64,000 nt of DNA from Mycobacteriales bacterium (lineage in GTDB: Bacteria; Actinomycetota; Actinomycetes; Mycobacteriales; HKI-0501), in contig DASWRY010000022.1 of the NCBI GenBank assembly GCA_036402915.1, positions 19,629 through 83,628 of the forward strand, given 5' to 3'. Positions 8,930 to 19,689 of the stretch are shown piece after piece. Under the pieces are notes generated by a model, which saw nothing but the letters and a program-made list of their open reading frames with translations, was not told the origin of the DNA and ran no database searches. Every line of letters starts with the position of its first letter. The first letter of the stretch is position 1. A program made the position numbers and the translations under genes.

Positions 8930-9700
8930 ATGACGGTCCGCCGCCTGCTGGCCCGCGCCGGGGTGGGCGTGCTCGCCCTCGGCGCGCTCGGTGGCGCGGT
9001 CCTCGGGGCGGAGGCCTTCGCGGCCGCCCACCGCAGTTACGCGTCGAGCGACGACGCGCCCCCGCTGGAGGGGACGTTCGGACGCCCGGGCGACCCCCCG
9101 CTGCGTCTCGCCGTGCTCGGCGACTCGACGGCCGCCGGTCTCGGCGTCGACCGTACCGACGAGACCGTCGGGGGGCGGCTCGCCACCATGCTCGCCGCCA
9201 CCGGCCGGCGGGTGGTCCTCGACGGTGTCGGGGTGTCCGGGTCCCGCGCGGCCGACCTCGGGACCCAGGTGTCCCGCGCGCTGCTGCACGGCCGTCCCGA
9301 TGTCGCGGTGGTCCTCGTCGGCGCCAACGACGCCGTCCACGCCGGCCGGCTCGGCCGGATGCGGCGGGACCTCGCCGCGGCGGTCCGCCGCCTGCGGGTG
9401 GCCGACGTCGCGGTCGTCGTCGGCACCTGCCCCGACATGGGCGCCGTACGGGCGTTCGCTCACCCGCTGCGCGAGATCGTGGCGTGGTCCGGGCGCAGGG
9501 TCGCGGACTCGCAGGTGCGGGCGATCCGGGCGGCCGGGGGCGTCCCGGTCGACCTGGCCGTGCGCACCGGGCCGGTGTTCCGCGCCGATCCCGGCACGCT
9601 CGCCGAGGACGCGTTCCACCCCTCCGCCGACGGGTACGACCTGTGGGCGCTCGCGCTGTACCCCGCGGTGTACGACGCCGCGAGCCGGGTGCCGGTGTGA
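8930..9700 (+). CDS. SGNH/GDSL hydrolase family protein (tandem paralog)
   Basis: Signal-like N-terminus. Motifs seen are VLGDSTAAGLGV, VGANDA and DAFHPS. It starts 4 nt after the previous stop. Confidence 0.75.
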   Translation: MTVRRLLARAGVGVLALGALGGAVLGAEAFAAAHRSYASSDDAPPLEGTFGRPGDPPLRLAVLGDSTAAGLGVDRTDETVGGRLATMLAATGRRVVLDGVGVSGSRAADLGTQVSRALLHGRPDVAVVLVGANDAVHAGRLGRMRRDLAAAVRRLRVADVAVVVGTCPDMGAVRAFAHPLREIVAWSGRRVADSQVRAIRAAGGVPVDLAVRTGPVFRADPGTLAEDAFHPSADGYDLWALALYPAVYDAASRVPV

Positions 9701-9740
9701 CATGGACCGCAGCACGCCGTGCCGCGCTCTGCGCTAGCGT

Positions 9741-9756
9741 CTGAACGTCCGTTCAG
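9741..9756. promoter_or_regulatory. operator-like inverted repeat CTGAACG-TC-CGTTCAG upstream of the thiolase gene
   Basis: Perfect 7+7 inverted repeat, 21 nt upstream of the ATG at 9778, in a locally AT-richer stretch. Confidence 0.4.
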
Positions 9757-9777
9757 TCTTCTGACAGGAGCACGCGC

Positions 9778-11010
9778 ATGGCCGGATCGACCGGACCCGA
9801 CGCCGTCATCGTCGCCGCAGGCCGCACGCCGTTCGGGCGGGCGTTCAAGGGGTCGCTCAAGGACATCCGGCCGGACGACCTGACCGCGACGATCATCGAG
9901 GCCGTCCTCGCGAAGGTCCCCGAGCTCGACCCCCGCGACATCGTCGACCTGCACCTCGGCTGCGGCCTCCCCGGCGGCGAGCAGGGCTTCAACATGGCCC
10001 GCTCGGTCGCCGTCCAGCTCGGGTACGACCACCTCCCCGGGGTCACGCTGACCCGGTACTGCTCGTCGAGCCTGCAGACGACGCGGATGGCGTTCCACGC
10101 GATCAAGGCCGGCGAGGGCGACGTGTTCCTGTCCGCCGGCGTCGAGACGGTGTCCCGGTTCGTCAAGGGCAACTCCGACTCGCTGCCCGACACGATGAAC
10201 CCGAAGTTCGCCGAGGCGCAGGCCCGCACCGAGGCGGCCGCGGCCGGCGGCACGACCTGGCACGACCCGCGCGAGGACGGCGACGTCCCGGACATCTACA
10301 TCGCGATGGGCCAGACCGCCGAGAACGTCGCCCAGCTCGAGGACATCTCCCGCGAGGAGATGGACGCCTTCGGCGTGCGGTCGCAGAACCTCGCCGAGAA
10401 GTCCATCGCGAACGGCTTCTGGGAGCGGGAGATCGTCCCCGTCACCACGCCGGACGGCACGGTCGTCTCCACCGACGACGGCCCGCGGCCGGGCGTGACG
10501 ATGGAGGGCGTGGCCGGGCTGAAGCCGGTGTTCCGCCCCGACGGCCGGGTCACCGCCGCGAACGCGTGCCCGCTCAACGACGGGGCCGCCGCGGTGGTCG
10601 TGATGAGCTCCACCAAGGCCGCCCAACTCGGGCTCACCCCGCTCGCGCGCATCGTCGCGACGGGTGTCTCGGGGCTCTCCCCCGAGATCATGGGCCTCGG
10701 CCCGGTCGAGGCCACCCGGCGCGCGCTCGCGAACGCGGGCATGACGATCGACGACATCGACCTCGCGGAGATCAACGAGGCGTTCGCCGCGCAGGTCATC
10801 CCGTCGGCCCGTCAGCTCGGCATCCCGATGGACAAGCTGAACGTCAACGGCGGCTCCATCGCGGTCGGCCACCCGTTCGGCGCGACCGGCGCCCGCCTGA
10901 CCGCGACGCTGATCAACTCGCTCCAGACCCACGACAAGCAGTTCGGACTGGAGACGATGTGCGTCGGTGGCGGCCAGGGCATGGCGATGATCCTGGAGCG
11001 CCTCGGCTAG
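9778..11010 (+). CDS. acetyl-CoA C-acetyltransferase / 3-ketoacyl-CoA thiolase
   Basis: Seen: AGRTPFGRAFKGSL, the active-site region YCSSSLQ, NEAFAAQ, NVNGGSIAVGHPFGATG and CVGGGQGMA. Confidence 0.9.
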   Translation: MAGSTGPDAVIVAAGRTPFGRAFKGSLKDIRPDDLTATIIEAVLAKVPELDPRDIVDLHLGCGLPGGEQGFNMARSVAVQLGYDHLPGVTLTRYCSSSLQTTRMAFHAIKAGEGDVFLSAGVETVSRFVKGNSDSLPDTMNPKFAEAQARTEAAAAGGTTWHDPREDGDVPDIYIAMGQTAENVAQLEDISREEMDAFGVRSQNLAEKSIANGFWEREIVPVTTPDGTVVSTDDGPRPGVTMEGVAGLKPVFRPDGRVTAANACPLNDGAAAVVVMSSTKAAQLGLTPLARIVATGVSGLSPEIMGLGPVEATRRALANAGMTIDDIDLAEINEAFAAQVIPSARQLGIPMDKLNVNGGSIAVGHPFGATGARLTATLINSLQTHDKQFGLETMCVGGGQGMAMILERLG

Positions 11011-11025
11011 GTGTTGCCGTCGTAG

Positions 11026-11058
11026 GCGGGGTCCGGCGGTGCATCCGCCGGGCCCCGC
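11026..11058. terminator. strong bidirectional hairpin between convergent thiolase and livF genes
   Basis: gcggggtccggcgg [tgcat] ccgccgggccccgc forms a 14-bp stem with one G-U pair. It sits between the stops at 11010 and 11129. Confidence 0.6.
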
Positions 11059-11128
11059 TGCGTTTCCCGCCGACGGGCTGTCCCGCCGACGGGCCGGTCC
11101 CTCGTCCCTCCACCCGGACAGGCCCCGC

Positions 11129-11839
11129 TCAGGCCACGCCGAGGTAGGCCTCCTTGACCGCCGGGTCGCCGAGGAGGTCCTTCCCGGTCCCCTCCTTGAC
11201 GATCGTGCCGGTCTCCAGGATGTACGCCCGGTGCGCGACGGACAGCGCCTGCTGGGCGTTCTGCTCCACCAGCAGGACCGTCGTCCCCTGCGCGTTGATC
11301 TCCCGGATGATCGTGAAGATCTGCCGGATCAGCATGGGCGCGAGCCCCATCGACGGCTCGTCCAGCAGCAGCAGCCGCGGCCGCGCCATCAGCGCCCGCC
11401 CGATCGTGAGCATCTGCTGCTCGCCGCCGGACATCGTCCCCGCGAGCTGCCCCTTCCGCTCGGCCAGCCGAGGGAACAGCCCGAACACCCGCTCGAGGTC
11501 GGCGGGGAACGCGCGGCGGTCCCGGCGGGCGTACGTCCCCATCTCGAGGTTCTCCATCACCGTCATGCCCGGGAAGATCCCGCGACCCTCCGGCGCCTGC
11601 GAGATCCCCCGCCCGACCCGCAGGTCGGCACGGACGTGCGTCAGGTCCTCGCCGTCGAACCGGATCGACCCGCGCAGCACGGGCCGCAGCCCCGAGACGG
11701 CGCGCATCGTCGTCGTCTTCCCGGCCCCGTTGGCGCCGATCAGCGTGACGATCTCGCCCTCGGCCACGGACAGCGAGATGCCGTGCAGGGCCTCGATCCG
11801 GCCGTACGCGACGGCGAGGTCACTCAGCTCGAGCAGCAT
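11129..11839 (-). CDS. livF: branched-chain amino acid ABC transporter ATP-binding protein
   Basis: Seen: GANGAGKTT, MSGGEQQML and LLLLDEPSMGLAP, with the typical LivF tail AYLG. Confidence 0.85.
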   Translation of the reverse strand: MLLELSDLAVAYGRIEALHGISLSVAEGEIVTLIGANGAGKTTTMRAVSGLRPVLRGSIRFDGEDLTHVRADLRVGRGISQAPEGRGIFPGMTVMENLEMGTYARRDRRAFPADLERVFGLFPRLAERKGQLAGTMSGGEQQMLTIGRALMARPRLLLLDEPSMGLAPMLIRQIFTIIREINAQGTTVLLVEQNAQQALSVAHRAYILETGTIVKEGTGKDLLGDPAVKEAYLGVA

Positions 11840-12600
11840 CTTCGGGTACTCCCAGGTAAGCCGCGATCACGGCAGGGTTGTCACGGATCTCGGCGGGCGT
11901 GCCCTCGGCGATCTTCCGGCCGAACTCGAGCACCACGATGCGGTCGGTGACCCCCATGACGAGCCGCATGTCGTGCTCGATGAGCAGCACCGTGTACCCC
12001 TGGTCGCGGATGTGCCGGATCAGCGCGAGCAGCCGCTCCTTCTCCGCGGGGTTGAAGCCGGCGGCGGGCTCGTCCAGGCAGAGCAGCGTCGGGCCGGTCG
12101 CGAGGGCCCGGGCGATCTCGAGCCGCCGCTGGTCGCCGTACGGCAGGTTGCGGGCCGCCTCCCCGGCGCGGTGCTCGATCCCGACCATCCGCAGCAGCTC
12201 GAGGCCCGCCGCCCGCCCCTCCCGCTCCTCCCGCCGGTGGCGCGGCAGCCGGAGCAGCGCGGACACCACGCTGGTGCGGTGCCGGGCGTCCGCGCCGACC
12301 ATGACGTTCTCGAGCGCGGTCATCTCGGGGAACAGCCGGATGTTCTGGAAGGTGCGGGCGATGCCCAGCTGGGTGATCTTGTACCGCTTGCGGCGCCCCA
12401 GCTTCGCGCCCTCGAAGTACACGGCCCCGGCGGTCGGCTGGTACACGCCGGTCATCACGTTGAAGCAGGTGGTCTTGCCCGCGCCGTTCGGCCCGATGAG
12501 CCCGAGGATCTCCCCTCGCCGGATCTCGAACCCCACCCCGTCGAGGGCCGTCACCCCGCCGAACCGCAGGGTCACGTCGCGCAGCTCGAGCAGCGTCTCG

Positions 12601-12608
<8 letters not shown>
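11820..12608 (-). CDS. livG: branched-chain amino acid ABC transporter ATP-binding protein
   Basis: Seen: GPNGAGKTT, LPYGDQRRLEIARAL, LLCLDEPAAG and IEHDM. Overlaps livF by 20 nt and livM by 8 nt. Confidence 0.85.
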
Positions 12609-13688
<1,080 letters not shown>

Positions 13689-13692
<4 letters not shown>

Positions 13693-14633
13693 GCGCGGGC
13701 CCTCCCCAGTGACTCACCGAGGATGCCCGTCGGGCGGAACATGAGCACCACGATGAGGAACACGAACGCGACCACGTCCCGCCACTGCGAACCGATCAGC
13801 GCGGAGCCGTAGTTCTCCATCACGCCGAGCAGGAGCCCGCCCAGCAGCGCGCCGCGGAGGTTGCCGATCCCGCCGAGGACAGCGGCCGTGAACGCCTTGA
13901 TGCCGAGCAGGAACCCGGCGTTGAACCGGGTCACGCCGAACTGCAGGTCGTAGAGGACCGCCGCGCCACCGGCCATCAGGCCCCCGAGCACGAACGTCAG
14001 CGCGATCACCCGGTCGGCGTTCACCCCCATCAGCGCCGCGCTGTCCGGGTCCTGGGAGACGGCGCGGATGCCGCGGCCGAGCCGGGTACGGCGGATGAAC
14101 TGGTCCAGCGCCACCATCATCACCAGCGCCGAGACGACGACGAGGATCTGGCGGTTGCTCACCGCCGCGCCGAAGAGGTGGAACTGCGTCTGCGGCTGGA
14201 CGAGGTTCGGCACCCGGACCTCGTTGCGGCCCACGAACACGCCGACCGCCTCGGAGATCGCGAACGAGGCGCCGATCGCGCTGATGAGGAACACCAGGGG
14301 CGGCGCGTTCCGGCGGCGGAGCGGGCGGTACGCGACCCGCTCGACGACCACCGCGGTGAGCCCGGAGGCGATCATCGCGGCGACCGCGGCCGCGACCATG
14401 TAGAGGACGACCAGCCCGGCCGACGGGACCGGGTCGTCGCTGCCGAGGCCCAGCATGTGGAGCACGAGGATCGAGGCGAACGTCCCGGTGACGAACACCT
14501 CGGAGTGGGCGAAGTTGATCAACCTGAGCACGCCGTACACGAGGGTGTATCCGAGCGCGATGAGCGCGTAGATCGCGCCCTGCGCCAGCCCCGTGACGGA
14601 CAGGTCCCAGAAGTTGTCCAGCAGGAAGTGCAC
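13689..14633 (-). CDS. livH: branched-chain amino acid ABC transporter permease
   Basis: Polytopic protein whose N-terminus FLLDNFWDLSVTGLAQGAIYALIALGYTLVYG is typical of LivH. Confidence 0.85.
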
Positions 14634-14664
14634 GGTGTGCGGGGCCTCTGTTTCCGGTGGGGGC

Positions 14665-14695
14665 GCGGCCGGGCGCCGTGGTGGCGCCCGGCCGC
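14665..14695 (-). terminator. perfect 13-bp intercistronic hairpin between the binding-protein gene and livH
   Basis: gcggccgggcgcc [gtggt] ggcgcccggccgc. This is the usual position for an attenuating or mRNA-stabilising hairpin after an SBP gene. Confidence 0.5.
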
Positions 14696-14724
14696 ACTCG
14701 ATCGGCGTCCGACGGGCAGTGGGG

Positions 14725-15885
14725 CTACTGGGCGACCTCCTGGTCCTCGACGATGTTGCCGCCGGTGACCTTGTACGCCCAGATGACCTTGTCGGTCACC
14801 TCGCCCTTGGCGTCGAACTGGACCGTCTTGGTGACGCCGTCGCCCCGGTACGCGGTGATGAAGGCGTTGACCGCCGCCCGGGTCGTCTTGCCGCCCTCGA
14901 TCGCCCTGAGGAACACGCTCGCCGCGTCGAACGCCTCACCGGAGTACGTGCCGGGCGCGATCTTGAACGCCTTCTGGTAGTCCGCGGCGAACGTGCCCTT
15001 GGTCTTGCTCGGCGGCAGGCACGGGCAGGTGACGATCGTGCCCTCGGCGGCCGCCCGGCCCGCCGCCTGGACGAAGCCGGGGTCCTTCACGCCGTCCGCG
15101 GCGACCATCATGATGCCCTTGCCGCCCGCGTCGGAGAGCTGCTTGCGCAGCTTGCCGGCCTCCGCGTAGTACCCGCCGTAGAAGAACGCGGTCGCACCGG
15201 ACGCCCTGATCTTGGTGACCGTGGCAGAGAAGTCCGTCTGCTTCTGCTGGACGGTGTCCGTGCCGGCGAGTGCCGAGCCGAGCTTCGCCTTGACGAGCGT
15301 CGCGAGACCCTTGCCGTACGCGGAGGCGTCGTCGACGACGAACACCTTCTTGGCCTTCAGGGTGCCCGTGATGTATGCCGCGGCCGCGGGGCCCTGGGTG
15401 GCGTCGTTGCCGAGGATGCGGTGGAACGTCTTCCAGCCGTGGTCCGCGAGCTTCGGGTTCGTCGCCGAGGCGGTGATCGTCGGGAGCCCCGCCTGCTCGA
15501 ACGTCGGGTCGGCCACGTCGGACTCACCGGAGAACGCCGGGCCGACGATGCCGAGGACGCGCTTGTCCGTCGCGGCCTTGCGGGCCAGCGGCGGTGCCTG
15601 CTCCGGAACACCCTGCGAGTCGAACTCGACGAGCCCGACGCAGTCCTTCGCCTTCGCGTTGTACTGGTCGATCGCGAGCTTCGCGCCGTTGCGGATGTTG
15701 ATGCCGAGGTTGGCGGCGTCGCCGGTCAGGGCCCCGAAGAACCCGATCTGGTACTTGCAGGAGGCGTAGTCGACCTTGCCGCCGCCGCTGCCGCCGCCAC
15801 TGGAGCCACCCCCGCCGCAGCCCGCCGCCGCGAGGGCGATCACCGCCGCGGCGATCGTGACACGTGCCATGCGCTGGAACCGCAC
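14725..15885 (-). CDS. branched-chain amino acid ABC transporter substrate-binding lipoprotein (LivJ/LivK type)
   Basis: GTG at 15885 lies 6 nt after GGAGG. The signal and lipobox read AVIALAAAGC, followed by a Gly/Ser linker. The periplasmic binding protein type I pattern is present (IGFFGALTGDAA...). Confidence 0.8.
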   Translation of the reverse strand: MRFQRMARVTIAAAVIALAAAGCGGGGSSGGGSGGGKVDYASCKYQIGFFGALTGDAANLGINIRNGAKLAIDQYNAKAKDCVGLVEFDSQGVPEQAPPLARKAATDKRVLGIVGPAFSGESDVADPTFEQAGLPTITASATNPKLADHGWKTFHRILGNDATQGPAAAAYITGTLKAKKVFVVDDASAYGKGLATLVKAKLGSALAGTDTVQQKQTDFSATVTKIRASGATAFFYGGYYAEAGKLRKQLSDAGGKGIMMVAADGVKDPGFVQAAGRAAAEGTIVTCPCLPPSKTKGTFAADYQKAFKIAPGTYSGEAFDAASVFLRAIEGGKTTRAAVNAFITAYRGDGVTKTVQFDAKGEVTDKVIWAYKVTGGNIVEDQEVAQ

Positions 15886-16057
15886 GAGAAACCTCCACCG
15901 GAGCACTGGCGATCAGGCGCGCCGGCGCTCTGTCCGCGGCGTCGCGTACCTGGTCTGGTGGGCAGCACTATAGGAGGGGCTCGGGACGAGGGGGAGAAAT
16001 CCGGACGCGTCGTGACCTCGCTGTTACCTAGTGTGCGACATGTCCGGGCGAGATCGG

Positions 16058-16444
16058 TCAAATCCGGCGGGCGACCTCACGCACGGACTCGGCCGCCTCC
16101 GCGAGGGTCCCGGGGTCGTCCGCGGCGGCGAGCAGGTCGGTCGCCATCACGGCGAGCTGGTCCGGCAGCGAGACGTCGTGCCCCAGGCGCGGGACCTCGC
16201 GGCGGGGGCGCCCCTCGGCGTCGGCCGCCAGGTCGGCGAGGTGCTGGACCAGGGCGTACACGACGTCGGCGCGCGCTCCCCCGCCCCCGGGACACGACGA
16301 GGCCCAGCGGGCGGGGGTCCACGTCGCCGTCCGGTCGGTGAGCCGGTCGGTCGCGCCCCGCAGCCGCCGGGCCGCGTCGGGGGTGTCCGCGCCGGTCAGC
16401 GGCGCAGGTAGCTCAGGAGCCGCAGGATCTCGAGGTACAGCCAC
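16058..16444 (-). CDS. hypothetical protein (start uncertain)
   Basis: Third-codon positions are almost all G/C through 16058-16395 in this frame. The first in-frame GTG is at 16444, which overlaps the end of the BI-1 gene by 49 nt. No SD sequence and no recognised domain. Confidence 0.35.
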   Translation of the reverse strand: MAVPRDPAAPELPAPLTGADTPDAARRLRGATDRLTDRTATWTPARWASSCPGGGGARADVVYALVQHLADLAADAEGRPRREVPRLGHDVSLPDQLAVMATDLLAAADDPGTLAEAAESVREVARRI

Positions 16445-17238
16445 ACGAGGCCGACCAGGATCCCGAAGCTCGCGTACCAGCCGAAGCGCCGCTCGACACC
16501 GCGGGCCACGCCCTCCTCCACGACCGCGAAGTCCTGGACGAACGTCAGCGCGGCGACGCCGATGCAGATCAGGCTGAACACGATCGCGAGGGTGTTCACC
16601 TGACCGGTCGCCGCGGCACGCAGGCCCAGGCCGGTGCCGCCGTTCACGCCGACCAGGGCGAGGACCCAGTTCACGATCATCAGGCCCAGGAGGCCGAGCA
16701 CCGCACCGGTCAGCCAGCGCGTGAACTTGGGCGTCGCCCGGATCACGCGGAACCGGTAGAGCGCCGCCATGCCGGCGAACACGCAGAACGTCGCGACGAC
16801 GGCCTGCAGCACGATGCCGCTGTACAGGGACTCGTAGACCTTGCTGACGAGGCCGAGGAGGACGCCCTCCGCCGCCGCGTAGGTGAGGATCACGGCGGGG
16901 TTGGTGACCTGCTTGAACGAGATCACGAGGCCCAGGACGAGCCCCACGCCGAGCGCGCCGAACAGCGCCAGGCCGGCCACCGGCGCAGGCAGCAGCGCCC
17001 ACGCCGCGGCGCCGGTCACGAGGACGACGCCCAGCAGCGTGAGGGTCTTCATGACGACGTCGTCGACCGTCATGCGGTCGGTCGCGGCGGCGACCGGCGC
17101 TCCGTAGGACTCCGGCGCCTGCGGGTGCTGCCCGAACTGGCCGCCCTGCCACTGCGCCGGGGAGTACTGACCCTGGTACGGGGACGCCACGGCGTTCCGC
17201 CGCCACGGGTCCTGCCCGAGAACCGGGTTGTTGCTCAC
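16396..17238 (-). CDS. Bax inhibitor-1/YccA family membrane protein
   Basis: GTG at 17238 follows GAGGAGG. A Q/P-rich N-terminus is followed by 7 hydrophobic segments and the charged tail EILRLLSYLRR typical of BI-1. Confidence 0.8.
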   Translation of the reverse strand: MSNNPVLGQDPWRRNAVASPYQGQYSPAQWQGGQFGQHPQAPESYGAPVAAATDRMTVDDVVMKTLTLLGVVLVTGAAAWALLPAPVAGLALFGALGVGLVLGLVISFKQVTNPAVILTYAAAEGVLLGLVSKVYESLYSGIVLQAVVATFCVFAGMAALYRFRVIRATPKFTRWLTGAVLGLLGLMIVNWVLALVGVNGGTGLGLRAAATGQVNTLAIVFSLICIGVAALTFVQDFAVVEEGVARGVERRFGWYASFGILVGLVWLYLEILRLLSYLRR

Positions 17239-17338
17239 TGAGCCTCCTCGAGACGTCCCGCGACGCACGCCGCGGAACAGCAAGGGTATCCCGGCGCAGC
17301 GAACGGCGTACGCGGCGAGGAGTTCCGCGGCGCAACCG

Positions 17339-17421
17339 TGCCCGGGGCGGGAGTCGAACCCGCACGCCCTCGCGGGCAGCCGCTTTTAAGGCGGCCGTGC
17401 CTGCCGTTACACCACCCGGGC
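17339..17421 (-). tRNA. tRNA-Leu (anticodon UAA), type II with long variable arm
   Basis: Hand fold of 83 nt: acceptor GCCCGGG/CCCGGGC, anticodon stem GCCGC/GCGGC with loop CUUAAAA, variable arm GCCC..GGGC, and T-arm GCGGG-TTCGACT-CCCGC. Confidence 0.85.
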
Positions 17422-17447
17422 CGTACGGAGCACCGTACGCGAACGGC

Positions 17448-18797
17448 TCAGCTCGCGGACCCCTGCTTGAGCTTGTCGGTCGGGGTGGCGTACAGCTCGA
17501 AGGACTCCCGCGGCTGGTGCAGCTGGCCGAGGGAGACGACCTCGCGCTTGAGGAACAGCGCCAGCGTCCAGTCGGCGATGACCCGCACCTTGCGGTTGAA
17601 GGTCGGTACCCGGCTCATGTGGTACGTGCGGTGCATGAACCACGCCGGCAGGCCCTTGAGCTTGATGCCGTAGACCTGCGCCACGCCCTTGTACAGGCCG
17701 AGGCTCGCGACGGAACCCGCGTACTTGTGGCGGTACTCCCGCGGCGTGCCGCCGCGGAGGACGGCCGCGATGTTGTCGCCGAGCTGCTTCGCCTGGCGGA
17801 CCGCGTGCTGGGCGCTGGGCGAGCAGGTGGCGCCCGGGACGTCGCTGGTCAGGTCCGGCACCGCGGAGCAGTCACCGGCCGCCCATGCGCCCTGGACGAC
17901 CGCGCCGGACGGGTCGACGACCTGCAGCGTCGCCGCGCAGGTGATCCGGCTGCGCTCGTCGAGCGGGAGGTCCGTCTTCTGCAGCAGCGGGTGCGCCTTG
18001 ACGCCCGCGGTCCACACGACGGTGCTCGCGTCGAACTGCGAGCCGTCGGAGAGCACGACGTGGCCGCCGACGCAGGACTCGAGGCGGGTGTTGAGCCGCA
18101 GGTCCATGCCGCGGTCGAGCAGGCGCTGGATGGTGTACGCGCCCATCTCCGGCCCGACCTCGGGAAGGATCCGCTGGGCGGCCTCGACGAGGACCCAGCG
18201 CATGTCCTTCTGGTTCAGCTCCGGGTAGTACTCGATCGCGTCGCGCGCCATGTCCTCGAGCTCGGCGAGCGCCTCGATGCCCGCGTACCCGCCGCCCACG
18301 AAGACGAACGTCATCAGGCACTGCCGCAGCGCGGGGTCGTCCGCGGTCGCGGCGGCGTCGAGCTGCGCGAGCACGTGGTTGCGGAGGTAGATCGCCTCGC
18401 CGATGGTCTTGAAGCCGACCGCCACCTCCCGCAGACCCGGGATGGGCAGCGTGCGCGCCACCGAGCCCGGCGAGAGCACGATGTGGTCGTACGCGATCTC
18501 CCGCGGCTCGCCGACGGCGGGCTCGAAGGTCGCGACCTTCCGCGCGTGGTCCACGCTCAGCACCGAGCCGGTGAGGACGCGGCAGTGCCGCAGGACCTTC
18601 CGGAGCGGGGCCACCACGTGACGCGGCGACAGGTTGCCGGCCGCGGCCTCCGGGAGGAACGGCTGGTAGGTCATGTGCGGCTGCGGGTCGACGACGGTGA
18701 TGTCTGCTTCCCGCCGTGCGAGCTTCTTCTGCAACCGCAGGGCGGTGTACATACCGACGTACCCGCCACCGACCACGAGGATGTGCGGACGACTCAT
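17448..18797 (-). CDS. ndh: type II NADH:quinone oxidoreductase (NDH-2)
   Basis: ATG at 18797 gives MSRPHILVVGGGYVGMY, the first GxGxxG. A second dinucleotide fold is FVFVGGGYAGIE. The sequence GDCSAVPD is also present. Confidence 0.85.
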   Translation of the reverse strand: MSRPHILVVGGGYVGMYTALRLQKKLARREADITVVDPQPHMTYQPFLPEAAAGNLSPRHVVAPLRKVLRHCRVLTGSVLSVDHARKVATFEPAVGEPREIAYDHIVLSPGSVARTLPIPGLREVAVGFKTIGEAIYLRNHVLAQLDAAATADDPALRQCLMTFVFVGGGYAGIEALAELEDMARDAIEYYPELNQKDMRWVLVEAAQRILPEVGPEMGAYTIQRLLDRGMDLRLNTRLESCVGGHVVLSDGSQFDASTVVWTAGVKAHPLLQKTDLPLDERSRITCAATLQVVDPSGAVVQGAWAAGDCSAVPDLTSDVPGATCSPSAQHAVRQAKQLGDNIAAVLRGGTPREYRHKYAGSVASLGLYKGVAQVYGIKLKGLPAWFMHRTYHMSRVPTFNRKVRVIADWTLALFLKREVVSLGQLHQPRESFELYATPTDKLKQGSAS

Positions 18798-18876
18798 GTC
18801 CACCAGGGTACGGCTGCCCGGACGGAAGTACCCGACCGAGGTTGCCGGAAACGACATGAGTCGCGCCACAGCGTGA

Positions 18877-19638
18877 TCAGCGGGGCAGCCCGGCGAGCTC
18901 CACGGCGCGGGCGAAGACGCTGTCCAGCATGGGTTCGGTGAGCCGTCCGGTGAACGTGTTCTGCTGGCTCACGTGGTAGCAGCCGAGCAGGGTGACGCCG
19001 TCGAGGTGCACCTCGGCGCCGTGCCCGAACACCGGCCGCGGCGTCGGCGCGGCGATGCCGAGCTCGGCGAGCGCCGCCCACAGGGCCGTCCAGCCGAACC
19101 CGCCCAGCACCACGATCACCCGCGGGCGGACGAGCGCGAGCTCGCGGACCAGCCACGGGCGGCAGGTGTCCCGCTCGGCGGGGGTCGGCTTGTTCGCCGG
19201 CGGCGCGCAGCGGACGGCGGCGAGCACGCGGGTCCCGTACAGCTCGAGGCCGTCACCGGCGGACACCGAGGTGGGCTGGTTCGCGAGCCCCGCGCGGTAC
19301 AGCGCCGCGAACAGCCAGTCCCCGCTGCGGTCACCGGTGAACACCCGCCCGGTGCGGTTCCCGCCGTGTGCGGCCGGGGCAAGGCCCACGACCGCGATGG
19401 GGGCGTCCGCCGGGCCGTACCCGGGGATCGGGCGGCCCCAGTACTCCTCGGCGGCGAACGACGCCCGCTTGGTGCGGGCCGCCTCCTCCCGCCACGCGAC
19501 CAGGCGGGGGCACGCGCGGCAACAGGCGACGGCGTCGTCGACCGCGGCCACGTCGGGCGCCCGGCCGGCGAGCACCCGCACCTGCCGGGCGGTCCGCGCG
19601 ACCGGCCCGGTGGCGGCGAGGTAGCGCGGCTCCGTCAC
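18877..19638 (-). CDS. uracil-DNA glycosylase, family 5 (UdgB-like), Fe-S type
   Basis: Motif A reads [19 protein letters not shown]. The Cys cluster is CCRAC...C. Motif B reads CYHVSQQN. Confidence 0.75.
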   Translation of the reverse strand: MTEPRYLAATGPVARTARQVRVLAGRAPDVAAVDDAVACCRACPRLVAWREEAARTKRASFAAEEYWGRPIPGYGPADAPIAVVGLAPAAHGGNRTGRVFTGDRSGDWLFAALYRAGLANQPTSVSAGDGLELYGTRVLAAVRCAPPANKPTPAERDTCRPWLVRELALVRPRVIVVLGGFGWTALWAALAELGIAAPTPRPVFGHGAEVHLDGVTLLGCYHVSQQNTFTGRLTEPMLDSVFARAVELAGLPR

Positions 19639-19689
19639 GACAGCGCCTCCCTCACGACAGCGCCTCCCTCACGACAGCGCCTCCGTCAC
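19635..19689 (-). repeat. 17-nt tandem repeat (3 units plus partial flanks), each unit carrying GGAGG and GTGA
   Basis: The minus strand reads tcGTGAcggaggcgctgtcGTGAgggaggcgctgtcGTGAgggaggcgctgtcGTGAcggagcc. Units occupy 19635-19651, 19652-19668 and 19669-19685. Confidence 0.9.

Noticed and set aside
17339-17421. tRNA-Leu and tRNA-Gln considered as integration hot spots for a mobile element.
   Set aside because: No integrase, transposase, phage or plasmid genes and no duplicated tRNA 3' ends are visible next to either tRNA.
19635-19689. Short tandem repeats (17-nt, 9-nt, 12-nt, 15-nt, 18-nt and 42-nt tracts) read as CRISPR arrays.
   Set aside because: The units are directly adjacent with no unique spacers, are far shorter than CRISPR repeats, mostly lie inside genes, and no cas genes are present.
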